From: Minisyncoccota bacterium
GTDB lineage: Bacteria; Patescibacteriota; Minisyncoccia; Minisyncoccales; GCA-002788555
DNA: 64,000 bases
Direction of reading: 5' to 3'
Assembly (NCBI GenBank): GCA_028716825.1
Contig: JAQUPA010000001.1
Span: 13,071-77,070 of the forward strand
In this document: piece by piece, positions 1-9,400 of the stretch
How positions within the stretch are numbered: the stretch's first letter is position 1
How the letters are laid out: each line of letters starts with the position of its first letter
The notes under the pieces: generated by a model
The model's input: the letters and a program-made list of their open reading frames with translations, nothing else
Databases searched by the model: none
Told to the model about the DNA's origin: nothing
Made by a program: the position numbers and the translations under genes

Positions 1-607
1 TAATATCAGCGCCACTTTTTATCATTTTCCTTGCATCGCTAAAGGTACGAATCGCTCCTGCAGCTTTTATCAAAAGACCAGGAGCTGATTTTTTCATTAT
101 CTTTATGTGTTTTGCTTTCTCCTCCAGCTCAGAATTACCTAACGGATCTTTTTCTGTTGCGGTTTTAACACAAATAGCGCCTGCTTTTTTCACTATTTTT
201 GATGCTATTTCTATCTCCTGGTTTGTTAAATATCCACTTCCTATAATCACTTTTGTAGGAGCAATTTTACAAATTTCTTTCAAGTCTTTTAAAACTTTTC
301 CGTATTTTTCGTATTTTAAATCAACCAAATTCATAACAATATCCACTTCGTCTGTTCCGTCTTTTTTTGCCTTTTTTACCATCTTTATTCTTTCTTTGTG
401 ACTGGAAAGACCAATTGGCGGATCAATTAAAGTAACCACTTTTATTCCTCCCCCTTTTAATTCTTCTTTTGTTGTTTTTGTCCAAGCTAATCTGACACAA
501 AGGCCTCTAAATTTATATTTTATACATTCTTTGCAACTTTTTTTTATATCTTTTTTTGTCGCATTCTCTTTAATATTTGTATGATCAATATATTTCGCAA
601 TATTCAT
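1..607 (-). CDS. deoC: Deoxyribose-phosphate aldolase (3' end runs off the window; not in ORF track)
   Basis: Manual translation from ATG at 607: MNIAKYIDHTNIK...DEVDIVMN...TKVII...CVKTAT...IKAAGAIRT...GADII, which are DeoC motifs. Confidence 0.9.
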   Translation of the reverse strand, partial: MNIAKYIDHTNIKENATKKDIKKSCKECIKYKFRGLCVRLAWTKTTKEELKGGGIKVVTLIDPPIGLSSHKERIKMVKKAKKDGTDEVDIVMNLVDLKYEKYGKVLKDLKEICKIAPTKVIIGSGYLTNQEIEIASKIVKKAGAICVKTATEKDPLGNSELEEKAKHIKIMKKSAPGLLIKAAGAIRTFSDARKMIKSGADI

Positions 608-623
608 AGATAGTCTTTTATAG

Positions 624-1742
624 CTAAACTGTTTTTGGCATTAAAATATAAAAATAAGTATTATCTCCAACTGGCCTTATTATAATAGGAGAGGTCGCGT
701 CATTAACACCCACTAAAACTTCACTTGAATTCATAATAGAAAGTCCATCGATAAAATATTTCCAATTGAGATTAATTTCCATTTCTTCTCCTTTAATTTT
801 CCCCTTAAGTTGCGATTGGGATTCTCCAATATTAGAAGAAGAAGCTAAAATAGACAACTTGCTGCTTTTGGGATGAAATTTGAGTTTAATGTCTTGAATT
901 TTACTTGAAAAAAGACCTGCTATTTTAATTTTATTATAAATCTCGTCTTTTTTAAAAATAGATTCTGTTTTAATTTTCTTTGGTATGATTTCTTTATACT
1001 CAGGAAAACTTCCTTCTATTAATCTTGACACAATATTAATTTGTGGATCTTTTTTATTTTTTGGATTAAAATTAAAGCTTATTTGTGATTTATCAACAAT
1101 AATACCAACATCACCCTCATATTCTGAAAATATATATCCAATTTCTATTGTTGTTTTTTGAGGAATAATTACTGAAAAATCTTTAATTTTCCCCGAAAGA
1201 TTAATAGTTTTTTCAGCCAAACGTATACTATCTGTTCCACAAATTATTAATTTATCCTTTTTAAAATTCACTAAAATTCCTGAAATTTCAGTTCTTGTAT
1301 CTAAAGGAGAAACAATATTAGAAACTTTAGAAAAACCAGAGATTAAATCTTTACTTTTTATATTAGTAATGGTTTTTTCTTTAATTTCAGGTAAAACCGG
1401 AAAATCTTTCGGATCTTGGCCTAAAATTTTAGCATTATAATCACCGCACTTTAAATTTACAATAAAATTATCGGTATTAATTTCTACATCTTGTTTTGGT
1501 AGGGAGTTTACAAATTCAGAAAAGATTTTTCCAGGAATTGATATTTTTCCTTTTTCTTTAGAATTTACCGGAATAGTTATCAAAATACCAATTTCAAGAT
1601 TAGTTGAGAAAAATTGTAAATTACCATTTTCAAGAGTTAGTAAAATATTATTTAAAACTGGTAATGTTAAATTTACTCCACAAACTCTAGATGAAATAGA
1701 AACAATTTTTTTAAGTTCTTCAGATGATATTTTAAATTTCAT
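624..1742 (-). CDS. dnaN: DNA polymerase III beta clamp
   Basis: 372 aa with TNLEI, GTDSIRLA, SRLIEGSFPEY and C-terminal ILMP; downstream of dnaA. Confidence 0.97.
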   Translation of the reverse strand: MKFKISSEELKKIVSISSRVCGVNLTLPVLNNILLTLENGNLQFFSTNLEIGILITIPVNSKEKGKISIPGKIFSEFVNSLPKQDVEINTDNFIVNLKCGDYNAKILGQDPKDFPVLPEIKEKTITNIKSKDLISGFSKVSNIVSPLDTRTEISGILVNFKKDKLIICGTDSIRLAEKTINLSGKIKDFSVIIPQKTTIEIGYIFSEYEGDVGIIVDKSQISFNFNPKNKKDPQINIVSRLIEGSFPEYKEIIPKKIKTESIFKKDEIYNKIKIAGLFSSKIQDIKLKFHPKSSKLSILASSSNIGESQSQLKGKIKGEEMEINLNWKYFIDGLSIMNSSEVLVGVNDATSPIIIRPVGDNTYFYILMPKTV

Positions 1743-1912
1743 ATTTTTTATTATTATATTATATTTATTAAATTATTATTACTATTATTATAGTTGGGGA
1801 AAAGTGATAAAACTTATTTTTTTCTTTTAATTTAAACGACTTTTTTTATTTTTTTAAATAAGGATTATTTGTGGAAAAACTACTGAAAAATATTAATTAC
1901 TTTGGGAAAAAA
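1743..1912. other. oriC segment between dnaA and dnaN: AT-rich unwinding element plus DnaA-box-like 9-mers
   Basis: TTA/TAA trinucleotide-rich tract ~1745-1792; TGGGGAAAA at 1795-1803 and TGTGGAAAA at 1870-1878; classical oriC position. Confidence 0.8.
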
Positions 1913-3265
1913 TTAAGTACTATATATCCTTTCTTTTAAAACCTCTATATCTTTGATAAATTCCCCATCTTTTTTAATCTTATCCTCAATTTTTTCACAG
2001 GCGTAGCCAACGGTTGTGTGATCTTTATTTCCTATTTTAACGCCAATTGATGGTAATGATAAATTTATTTCTTCTCTTAAAAGATACATTATTGTTTGTC
2101 TTGGTAATACAACTTCTTTTTTCCTGGTTTTTGATAAGATTTCCCTTTGGGAAATATTATAGAAATCACAAACAGTCTGGATAATTTTATCCGCTGATAA
2201 TTTTTTTCTTGGCTCTAAAATAATATTTTCAAGAGCATTTTTAACCTTTTCAAAACTTCTTTCTTGTTCAAAAATTATCAAAGCCTTAGTTAAAGCCCCT
2301 TCCAATTCCCTTATGTTCTTTTTAATATTTTTGGCTATAAATTCTAAAATTTCCTGAGGTAAAATTCCTCCTCTTTCTTCAATTTTTTCTTCAAGGATAG
2401 CCAATCTTTCTTCATAATCAGGGAAACTTATATCTACTATCATTCCGCCTTCAAATCTTGACCTTAATCTTTCTTCAATATTTTCTATAGAATGAGGAGG
2501 CCTATCGGAAGATAAAATAATTTGTTTATCATTTTCTTTAACGTTATTAAAAACCCTAAAAAACACTTCTTGGGTTCTTTCTTTACCAGCTAAAAATTCA
2601 ATATCATCCACAATAAGAACATCGAAATTACTATACATATCAACAACCTTTTCTATGCCTTGGTTCCTTATCGCATTTATGATTTGGCTTGTAAAATTCG
2701 GGCAAGGAATATACTTTACTTTTTTCTTTTTTCTTTCATTGATAGTTTCATTCCCTATTGCTTCTAAAATATGAGTTTTGCCAAGCCCTACCCCGCTGTA
2801 AATAAATAAAGGATTTATAGATCCTGCTTTTTTTAAAATAGACAAGGCGCAGGCATGGGCTAATTGGTTAAATTGGCCGACAATAAAATTTTGGAAAGTA
2901 TATTTTGGGTTAAGACCCGAGATTCTGTTTTGATAAAATTCTATTTGGGGTTGTGAAATATCATCAATAAGAGTTTGAGTTTTATTATTTTTAGATCTTC
3001 GGAGGTCTAAGTGCCCCGAAGATTTTGATATAACATATTTAATGTTTTGTATGTCGGGAGAAAAATTTTGGAAAGTTTTAAGTAAGTCTTTTTCAAATTT
3101 ATTATGAAGCCATTCTTTGACAAAAATATTTGGGACAGCAATAGTAACTTGATTATCTTTTTGTTGTTTTATATCAACATCCCGAAACCAGGTTATTAAG
3201 TTGGTTTTTGAAAATTTTCGTTCAAGCGAATTAATAACAGAGTGCCACAAGTGTTGGTTGTCCAT
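1913..3265 (-). CDS. dnaA: Chromosomal replication initiator DnaA
   Basis: NPLFIYSGVGLGKTH Walker A, VDDIEF, RLRSRFEGG, NIRELEGAL, KDHTTV. Confidence 0.98.
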   Translation of the reverse strand: MDNQHLWHSVINSLERKFSKTNLITWFRDVDIKQQKDNQVTIAVPNIFVKEWLHNKFEKDLLKTFQNFSPDIQNIKYVISKSSGHLDLRRSKNNKTQTLIDDISQPQIEFYQNRISGLNPKYTFQNFIVGQFNQLAHACALSILKKAGSINPLFIYSGVGLGKTHILEAIGNETINERKKKKVKYIPCPNFTSQIINAIRNQGIEKVVDMYSNFDVLIVDDIEFLAGKERTQEVFFRVFNNVKENDKQIILSSDRPPHSIENIEERLRSRFEGGMIVDISFPDYEERLAILEEKIEERGGILPQEILEFIAKNIKKNIRELEGALTKALIIFEQERSFEKVKNALENIILEPRKKLSADKIIQTVCDFYNISQREILSKTRKKEVVLPRQTIMYLLREEINLSLPSIGVKIGNKDHTTVGYACEKIEDKIKKDGEFIKDIEVLKERIYST

Positions 3266-3315
3266 GGCTTTTTGTGTTTAAATTTAATTAAAGAAAATCG
3301 AGAGTTAATTTTAAT

Positions 3316-3375
3316 TTTTCCCCAAAAATTAGTCAAGGTAAAAAGATGGGGAAAACTTGTGGAAATTGGGGATAT
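3316..3375. promoter_or_regulatory. Cluster of DnaA-box-like sites upstream of dnaA
   Basis: TTTTCCCCA 3316-3324, TGGGGAAAA 3347-3355, TGTGGAAAT 3358-3366, TGGGGATAT 3367-3375. Confidence 0.7.
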
Positions 3376-3517
3376 TTTATTTAATCTAAAATTATAAAGA
3401 AGAAGAAACAAATTGCAAGTTTTGTATTTATAATTTTGACATTTACAAGAGAAAAAGATATACTAAAAAAGTTAAAATTCAAAAAAAAGATAAAATAAAA
3501 ACATTTAAATCGTTCTT

Positions 3518-3652
3518 ATGAGCATAACTTATCAACCCAAAAATAAAAAAAGAAAAAAGACGCACGGTTTTAGAAAGAGATCAAAAACAAAGCCAGGCAA
3601 GAAAGTTTTAAAAAGAAGACGAGCAAAAAAAAGAAAAAAATTAACTCATTAA
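3518..3652 (+). CDS. rpmH: 50S ribosomal protein L34 (44 aa; not in ORF track)
   Basis: [44 protein letters not shown]; conserved dnaA-rpmH-rnpA synteny. Confidence 0.95.
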   Translation: MSITYQPKNKKRKKTHGFRKRSKTKPGKKVLKRRRAKKRKKLTH

Positions 3653-3653
3653 A

Positions 3654-3992
3654 ATGCTCCCTTCTAAGAATCGTCTAAATAAAAAAGAAGTTGAAACCAT
3701 ATTTAAAAAAGGGGAAAGTTTTAAATCAGATTTTTTGCTTTTAAAGATTTCCAAGAGCAAAAAACAATCCCCTCTTCGCTTTTCGGTTATAGTGCCAATT
3801 AAAGTATCAAAGAAAAGCACAGAAAGAAACAAAATAAAACGTCGGATAAGAGAAAGCTTAAGAAAAAAAATTAAAAACACTAAAGAAGTAGATGGAATTA
3901 TAATGGCTTTTCCAGAGATATTAGGTAAGCCTTACCAAGAAATCGATGAAGAACTAGACAAGTTGTTAAAAGCCAGTAATCTTTTGTTATGA
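3654..3992 (+). CDS. rnpA: Ribonuclease P protein component
   Basis: MLPSKNRL...KKSTERNKIKRRIRE RNR-type motif; follows rpmH. Confidence 0.95.
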   Translation: MLPSKNRLNKKEVETIFKKGESFKSDFLLLKISKSKKQSPLRFSVIVPIKVSKKSTERNKIKRRIRESLRKKIKNTKEVDGIIMAFPEILGKPYQEIDEELDKLLKASNLLL

Positions 3993-4046
3993 GACAAACA
4001 GATGATTAAATAAGGAATAATTTTAATTTATAATTTTTAGATAACT

Positions 4047-4811
4047 TTGAATATGAACCCTCTAACTTTTATTTTTCAGAAAGTTCTCTATCAGCCATTT
4101 TTGAATATATTGGTTGTTTTTTACAACCTTCCAATGATTGATTTTGGGCTGGCTATAATTTTATTAACGATTTTAGTAAAGGCAGCGACTTGGAGACTTG
4201 ATACACATGCTATTTTAAAGCAAAGGGAGGCTCAAATAAAAGGAGCAGAAGTTCAGGAAGAGATGAAAGAACTTCAGGAAAAATACAAAGATGATCCGAT
4301 GAAACAAAGCGAAGAGATTAGAAAACTTTGGAAAGAAAAGAAGTTTAATCCTTTCTCAAGTTTCGCACCGATGATAGTACAAATAGTTATTTTGATTGCT
4401 CTTTTCCAGATTTTAAGAACAAATATTGGCCCTGAGCAGTTAAAGTTACTTTATCCATTTGTAAAAAACCCAGGAGAGATTAATCCTATGTTTTTGGGAA
4501 TTATAAACTTAGCAAAGGCAAGCCCTGTTTTGGCCGTATTAACCGGCGTTGTGCAGTTTATTTATTCAAAGCTTACTTTTTCCATGCAAAAAAAATATAA
4601 GCCAAAAACAAAGAAGAAAGATAAGAAAAAGAAAGAAGGCACTTTCCAAAAAGTAATGCAGAATCAAATGATTTATTTTTTGCCAATATTTACTGTGATT
4701 ATTTGTCTTACCTTGCCTGCGGCGTTACCTCTTTATTGGTCTTTATCTACTGCGGTTGGTATTTTACAAACAAAAATTGTTTATCGCAAAATAGAAGCCG
4801 AAAACAAATAA
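4047..4811 (+). CDS. yidC: YidC/Oxa1 membrane protein insertase (ATG start probably 4053)
   Basis: FGLAIILLTILVK, ELQEKYKDDP, LPAALPLYW; synteny with rnpA. Confidence 0.92.
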   Translation: MNMNPLTFIFQKVLYQPFLNILVVFYNLPMIDFGLAIILLTILVKAATWRLDTHAILKQREAQIKGAEVQEEMKELQEKYKDDPMKQSEEIRKLWKEKKFNPFSSFAPMIVQIVILIALFQILRTNIGPEQLKLLYPFVKNPGEINPMFLGIINLAKASPVLAVLTGVVQFIYSKLTFSMQKKYKPKTKKKDKKKKEGTFQKVMQNQMIYFLPIFTVIICLTLPAALPLYWSLSTAVGILQTKIVYRKIEAENK

Positions 4812-4937
4812 CTCTTGATTTTTTTTGTATATATTGTATACTATTTATAGTTTGAGTATTTTGTTTGCTCTTTAAAAAATAAAATCCTTTTGGATTTTAA
4901 TTATAAATATATACGATCCTATGGGGAGGTGTCGAAG

Positions 4938-5288
4938 ATGAAGATGTTTGTTTTGATCTTCGTTTGCGTCCTGATAGCTGTAGCAGCTATATTCGTGGCA
5001 GGCTGTGGGACGAAAACCTACTACGACAAGGGAGGGAAAGAAGTTCCTCCGCCGGTAAAGCCCACTGAAGACGACATACTAAAGGCCATTGACAAGTATG
5101 CCGAGAAGTCAGGTGACTCCTATCAAGTGGTGGACATAAGCGTAGAATGGGGAGACTATTCTCATCAATACACCGCTTACGTGACGGTAGATGCGTGGAT
5201 TCCAGAAGAAGGAGTTTTCCGCACACAAACAATGATCATAGATTACAATGGCCAGTACTGGTATGTAGAAGGATGTGGCAATATATAA
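4938..5288 (+). CDS. Predicted lipoprotein, ORFan
   Basis: SD GGAGGT at 4925-4930 before ATG 4938; hydrophobic signal followed by lipobox VAG-C; visibly GC-richer than flanks. Confidence 0.7.
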   Translation: MKMFVLIFVCVLIAVAAIFVAGCGTKTYYDKGGKEVPPPVKPTEDDILKAIDKYAEKSGDSYQVVDISVEWGDYSHQYTAYVTVDAWIPEEGVFRTQTMIIDYNGQYWYVEGCGNI

Positions 5289-5296
5289 GGAGGTGT

Positions 5297-5329
5297 ATGA
5301 GGCGACGAAAGTCGCCTCATTGCTTTTTA
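5297..5329 (+). terminator. Intrinsic terminator-like hairpin
   Basis: ATGAGGCGAC-GAAA-GTCGCCTCAT followed by a T-tract. Confidence 0.75.
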
Positions 5330-5352
5330 ATAAAGAAGTAGGTATTAAAAAT

Positions 5353-6348
5353 TTAAAAGGCGTTCATAATAACTCCCACTTCTTCTTCCCATTTTGAATT
5401 TCCATTTTTACATTCATAAGTTATTTGGCCACCATCAGAGAGAGTTACTGGTGGATTTTCTCCGAGGTCCCGTTCATAACCACACCACCTTAATCTAAAT
5501 TCTTTTATGCCAGTTAATCTCTTATACATTTCAGTTCCAGCGTTTTTTGTACACGCCCTTATTCCTTCTTCCCAGGAGCCATATCTTTTGCAAGGGAGAC
5601 AGGCTATGCCACAAGGATTATTTGTTCCATAAAGCCCATTGCCCGACTGTAGATTTTGAAGGCCCATACTAGTTTCAGCGTTAGCAATGCCAAGCATAAA
5701 AGTTGGGTTAACGCCGTATTCTTTGCCCGTTTCAACATAGACATTCCCCTTTCCTATTAATGGGCTTTTAGGAAAGTTTGTTTTTAGATAATTTTCAATT
5801 TCCTCAGTCGTGGCTGCATTTGTGTCCCAAATATCAGAAGAGTTCCCACTACTGCTTGAGGGGCTTCCAGAAGAAGGATAATATTTAGACATATATTCTT
5901 CCACCATTTCTTTTAAAGAAGGCCCTTCGTAAACATACTCTTTAACGTTTAGGTCTTTTAATGTTAAAAGATTTGGGTTAATTAGCGCTAAAATTGAAGC
6001 TGAAAACAATATAATTATAAGCCCTAAGATCGCATTTAATACTTGCTCCCTTCCCTTTTCTAGCTTTGTAGGATTTCCAGAAGATGTCATTAATCGAAGC
6101 CCTCCGATTATTAACATTAACATTGCTAAGGCTCCTGCGCTAACTACGGCAAATCTATAAATATAGACAATATAATCAGGAAGAGTAGTTGTTGGGGCCT
6201 TGCCAAAAGCTTCTGGGTACTCAACTTCTGGCTCTATTTGAGCATAGGTTGTTTTAGGAGAGGCTAATTCCAAGAAAGATATAATCGCGATTAAAATCAA
6301 AAAAAAGGTAAAAGTTTTAGTAACTTTTTTGTATATAGATTTTCGCAT
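5353..6348 (-). CDS. CPR-type pilin (TrbC/VirB2-like hairpin) fused to a glucosaminidase/lysozyme-fold domain
   Basis: LMLIIGGLRLMTSSGNP...AILGL...INPNL pilin motif, Ser linker, then YGVNPTFMLGIANAETSMG..NNPCGI..YGSWEEGI. Confidence 0.75.
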   Translation of the reverse strand: MRKSIYKKVTKTFTFFLILIAIISFLELASPKTTYAQIEPEVEYPEAFGKAPTTTLPDYIVYIYRFAVVSAGALAMLMLIIGGLRLMTSSGNPTKLEKGREQVLNAILGLIIILFSASILALINPNLLTLKDLNVKEYVYEGPSLKEMVEEYMSKYYPSSGSPSSSSGNSSDIWDTNAATTEEIENYLKTNFPKSPLIGKGNVYVETGKEYGVNPTFMLGIANAETSMGLQNLQSGNGLYGTNNPCGIACLPCKRYGSWEEGIRACTKNAGTEMYKRLTGIKEFRLRWCGYERDLGENPPVTLSDGGQITYECKNGNSKWEEEVGVIMNAF

Positions 6349-6352
6349 TATT

Positions 6353-7540
6353 TTATTTAATACAGGTACATCTTGGCATTATGTCAAGGTGGTCTGGTGC
6401 CGTATAGTAGCCTTTTTCGTATGCATACTCTGCTTCGCAAGCAGAAGTATACCCAAATTTATATCCCTCTAATCTTTTGCAATAATCCATGCAAAAATCA
6501 TGGTTTCCGCTTCTGCATTCAGGAATATTTTCTAAATTATTCTGTCCTTTAAAATAAGCAGCTGTGGTGCCGTCATTCTTACATAGACAAAAAGCAGGGT
6601 TTTTGCCCGAAGCGCTTAATTGAAAAGTTTGCACTGAGCTGAACGAATCTTCATGGGCCTGATAGCAGCTGCAAGCGACTGGATCTCCTCCATCTACATG
6701 ATTAAGTTTGGTACATTCAGAAGGAAGCCCACCTAATGCTCTGTCTTTTGGCGCTATTACTCCGTATACATTTTTATTATCTTTATGGTATTTTTGACAG
6801 AGACCCATGCAAAAGTTACCACAACTATTTGAAAGTCCTCCTTCCCTACCCTGACACTCACAGGTTTCTAAAGGTAGTCCTTCTGTACATTTAAAGTTTT
6901 TAAATTCGTCTGCATCAGGAGGACTACAGAGTGCACGAGTTAATAATTTTGCATATGCGCCTGAACTATTAACAGGAAGATCAAAAGAATTCCCCATACT
7001 TCCTAATTTTCCGAGCATTATTGAATTTGCGATAGCAATACCATTCGCAGTATAGATAAAATTCCCAGCCATTAAATCTTTTTTTATTTTATCTTCTTCG
7101 CCAGCATTACTTAATGTAGGTTCTTTTATGACTACATCTTTCAATCTTACAAGATCCGGGTTGATTGTTCTTAGGACAATATAAATACTAAAAAGAGCAA
7201 GTAGGCCTATAATTGAACGTGTTATTTTATCTCTTGCCGCAGCCTTGAGCTGGGGATTGGCAGCTGCGCCTGACCATTCTATACCGCCGATTATTATCAT
7301 AATTACTGCTAAAAAAGCGCCAACCCAAAAAGAAAATTGATAAACATACTTTATATATTCTGGTAGATTTGGTTCAGGCGGATTCCATGGATAAGTTACC
7401 TCCCAGCCTCCCCAATCTGCTGCAAAAGATAAATTAAAAATAAAAAACAGTGCAAAAACAAAAAGAATAGATAAGGCAAAAATGATTTTATTTCTCTTTT
7501 TCATATTTTTTATTTTATCCCCTATTTTGTTGGAACGCAA
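6353..7540 (-). CDS. CPR-type pilin fused to a Cys-rich extracellular region
   Basis: IMIIIGGIEW...ARDKI...INPDLV pilin motif; 18 Cys in the C-terminal half. Confidence 0.72.
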   Translation of the reverse strand: MRSNKIGDKIKNMKKRNKIIFALSILFVFALFFIFNLSFAADWGGWEVTYPWNPPEPNLPEYIKYVYQFSFWVGAFLAVIMIIIGGIEWSGAAANPQLKAAARDKITRSIIGLLALFSIYIVLRTINPDLVRLKDVVIKEPTLSNAGEEDKIKKDLMAGNFIYTANGIAIANSIMLGKLGSMGNSFDLPVNSSGAYAKLLTRALCSPPDADEFKNFKCTEGLPLETCECQGREGGLSNSCGNFCMGLCQKYHKDNKNVYGVIAPKDRALGGLPSECTKLNHVDGGDPVACSCYQAHEDSFSSVQTFQLSASGKNPAFCLCKNDGTTAAYFKGQNNLENIPECRSGNHDFCMDYCKRLEGYKFGYTSACEAEYAYEKGYYTAPDHLDIMPRCTCIK

Positions 7541-8172
7541 GAAGCATTGCCTTTATCTCCTTGGTACCAAATAATTTTTGTGCTTTTTATGTCAACATTA
7601 TTTGTTTCTAAATAATTAAGGGCTCTTTTTTTGGCCTGTTTGCAGTCTTTTGAATTAATTATAATTGCAAAAGCGTTTTTATCTTCTAAGAAAGTTAAGT
7701 CAAAATATTGGCTAAAAAAAGGGATTTTATTTTCCATTTTAAGCATTAAAGCAGAATCTTGTTTTAAGGAAGCTTCTGTTTCTTTTCCTGTTTTAAAATT
7801 AATAACAAACGGTAGCCCCTTGAGGGGCGGATTTTTTTGGTTTTTTGTATTTAGAGTTATCTTGTAATTCTTGTTTTCCTCAAGAAAATTTATTGGTTCT
7901 ATTTTTAATGTTTTGTTTTCAATAGATGTTTTAAATTCAAAGACAGGAGATGTTTCTATTACAATTCCCTTCATGCTTTTTATTTGCGAATTAAAATATA
8001 TAAAAACATTTTTATCTATCGGGGCATCGTTGCTGTTATTTGAGGGAGAGCTGTATAATATAGAAGTTTTTGTTTCTTTTGTGAAGGAAGTTCCGCCTAG
8101 CAACCAGAACATCACCACAAAAAATAATATAATAGTAAAAATTCCTAAAAAAATTAATAATTTTGTTTTCAT
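7522..8172 (-). CDS. Membrane-anchored Ig-like (Big_5-type) domain protein
   Basis: N-terminal TM, then SSPSNNSNDAPID..IYFN...LEENKNYKITL...INFKTG. Confidence 0.7.
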   Translation of the reverse strand: MKTKLLIFLGIFTIILFFVVMFWLLGGTSFTKETKTSILYSSPSNNSNDAPIDKNVFIYFNSQIKSMKGIVIETSPVFEFKTSIENKTLKIEPINFLEENKNYKITLNTKNQKNPPLKGLPFVINFKTGKETEASLKQDSALMLKMENKIPFFSQYFDLTFLEDKNAFAIIINSKDCKQAKKRALNYLETNNVDIKSTKIIWYQGDKGNASCVPTK

Positions 8173-8867
8173 CTTTCTTTTTCGTTTTTAATAATAAAAT
8201 TTGCGGCTTCCAGAATTGTATTTTCCGGAGCATTAGAACTTATTAAATAATAATAAGTTTTTTCATCTCTTTTTGCGTAGCCAAGATAAATAGTGTACGA
8301 ATATTCTATATCTCTAGTAGACTCATCTATTTGGTTATACTTAAATAAAATCGCCTTTTTACCATTTATAAGGGTTTTTTCCTCTAGTTGATTCTTGGGT
8401 AGATAAAAATTATTTTCTAAAAAATAAGGCTTAATTATTGTGCCTTCTATTAAAATAGTTTTTTTGTCTTTATTAAGAACAATAAGCCCATGATCTGAAT
8501 ATGATTTTCCTCCTTTCTTTATAAACTTTGTATTTTTTTCTGATAAGCTTTCGTTATTAACATCGTAATAAATTTCTATTTTTTCAGGAGTTTTTTCTCC
8601 TCGCCATAAATTAACCTTAAAAAGTTTATATTCTTTCGGCAGTTTTATAGGATATTTTATAGGCAGATCTGTTAAATTTTGTGCTTTTTTAAAAATATTT
8701 ATATATTTTTCTTCTGAATTTAATGGATCAAGTCCGTCTTTAAATGATTGAGTAAAAATTAAACCTTCTGGCGCTTTTTCTTTTTTATAGAAAAAAGAAA
8801 AAGACAAGATACTTAATATTATTAAAATTAATCCTGTGATAATAAAAATCTTCTTTTTTATTTGCAT
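8169..8867 (-). CDS. Hypothetical protein with N-terminal membrane anchor
   Basis: 232-aa ORF overlapping both neighbours in the operon; single N-terminal TM. Confidence 0.65.
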   Translation of the reverse strand: MQIKKKIFIITGLILIILSILSFSFFYKKEKAPEGLIFTQSFKDGLDPLNSEEKYINIFKKAQNLTDLPIKYPIKLPKEYKLFKVNLWRGEKTPEKIEIYYDVNNESLSEKNTKFIKKGGKSYSDHGLIVLNKDKKTILIEGTIIKPYFLENNFYLPKNQLEEKTLINGKKAILFKYNQIDESTRDIEYSYTIYLGYAKRDEKTYYYLISSNAPENTILEAANFIIKNEKER

Positions 8868-9388
8868 GTTTTACAATTAGAAACATTAGCAGGGCTATTT
8901 TCTTCAATGCTTATGTTTTTTGGGTCTTCTGGTTGCCACTCTATGTCTAATTTTTTATAGTCAACCCCTTTTGACTTTATCCATTCCAATGCTTCTATTT
9001 TATACTGAGCATAATCTTCTTTATAGTTTTCAAATTGGTCAGCGTCGTTTAAATAGGCGTGGAGTTTTATTTTATATGATGCTTTATTTTTGCCACTGAG
9101 ATAATATTTAATTTCAAAATGGTCATTATAATACGGTAAGTATTTAGTTAATGGATTTTTGCTATAAAAATTTTCTAATTGCTTGTCTGCTTTTTTATAA
9201 TTTACTTCTGATTCTGTGTTTTCTTCGGGGTTTGTGGTTTTCTCGTTTGTGTCTCCCGTGCTTTGTTTTTTTTCTCCAATACCCCCTTGATTTATAAAGA
9301 ATATAGCGAAAAGTGCAATGATTATAATTAATGCAAGAATTGCAAATAAGAAAGAGATTGTTTGTTTACGTGTATTAAATATGCTCAT
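8858..9388 (-). CDS. Hypothetical protein with N-terminal membrane anchor
   Basis: 176 aa; its C-terminal domain (LPYY..HFEI...EALEWIKSKGVD..I.W) resembles the C-terminus of the 216-aa neighbour (IPFF..YFDL...RALNYLETNNVD..I.W). Confidence 0.65.
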   Translation of the reverse strand: MSIFNTRKQTISFLFAILALIIIIALFAIFFINQGGIGEKKQSTGDTNEKTTNPEENTESEVNYKKADKQLENFYSKNPLTKYLPYYNDHFEIKYYLSGKNKASYKIKLHAYLNDADQFENYKEDYAQYKIEALEWIKSKGVDYKKLDIEWQPEDPKNISIEENSPANVSNCKTCK

Positions 9389-9400
9389 GTTTTAATTCTT

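Noticed and set aside
105-401. 98-aa + strand ORF
   Set aside because: Antisense shadow of deoC
3989-4010. ATG overlapping the rnpA stop as a yidD remnant
   Set aside because: Only six codons (MRQTDD) and no YidD motif, so it cannot be supported
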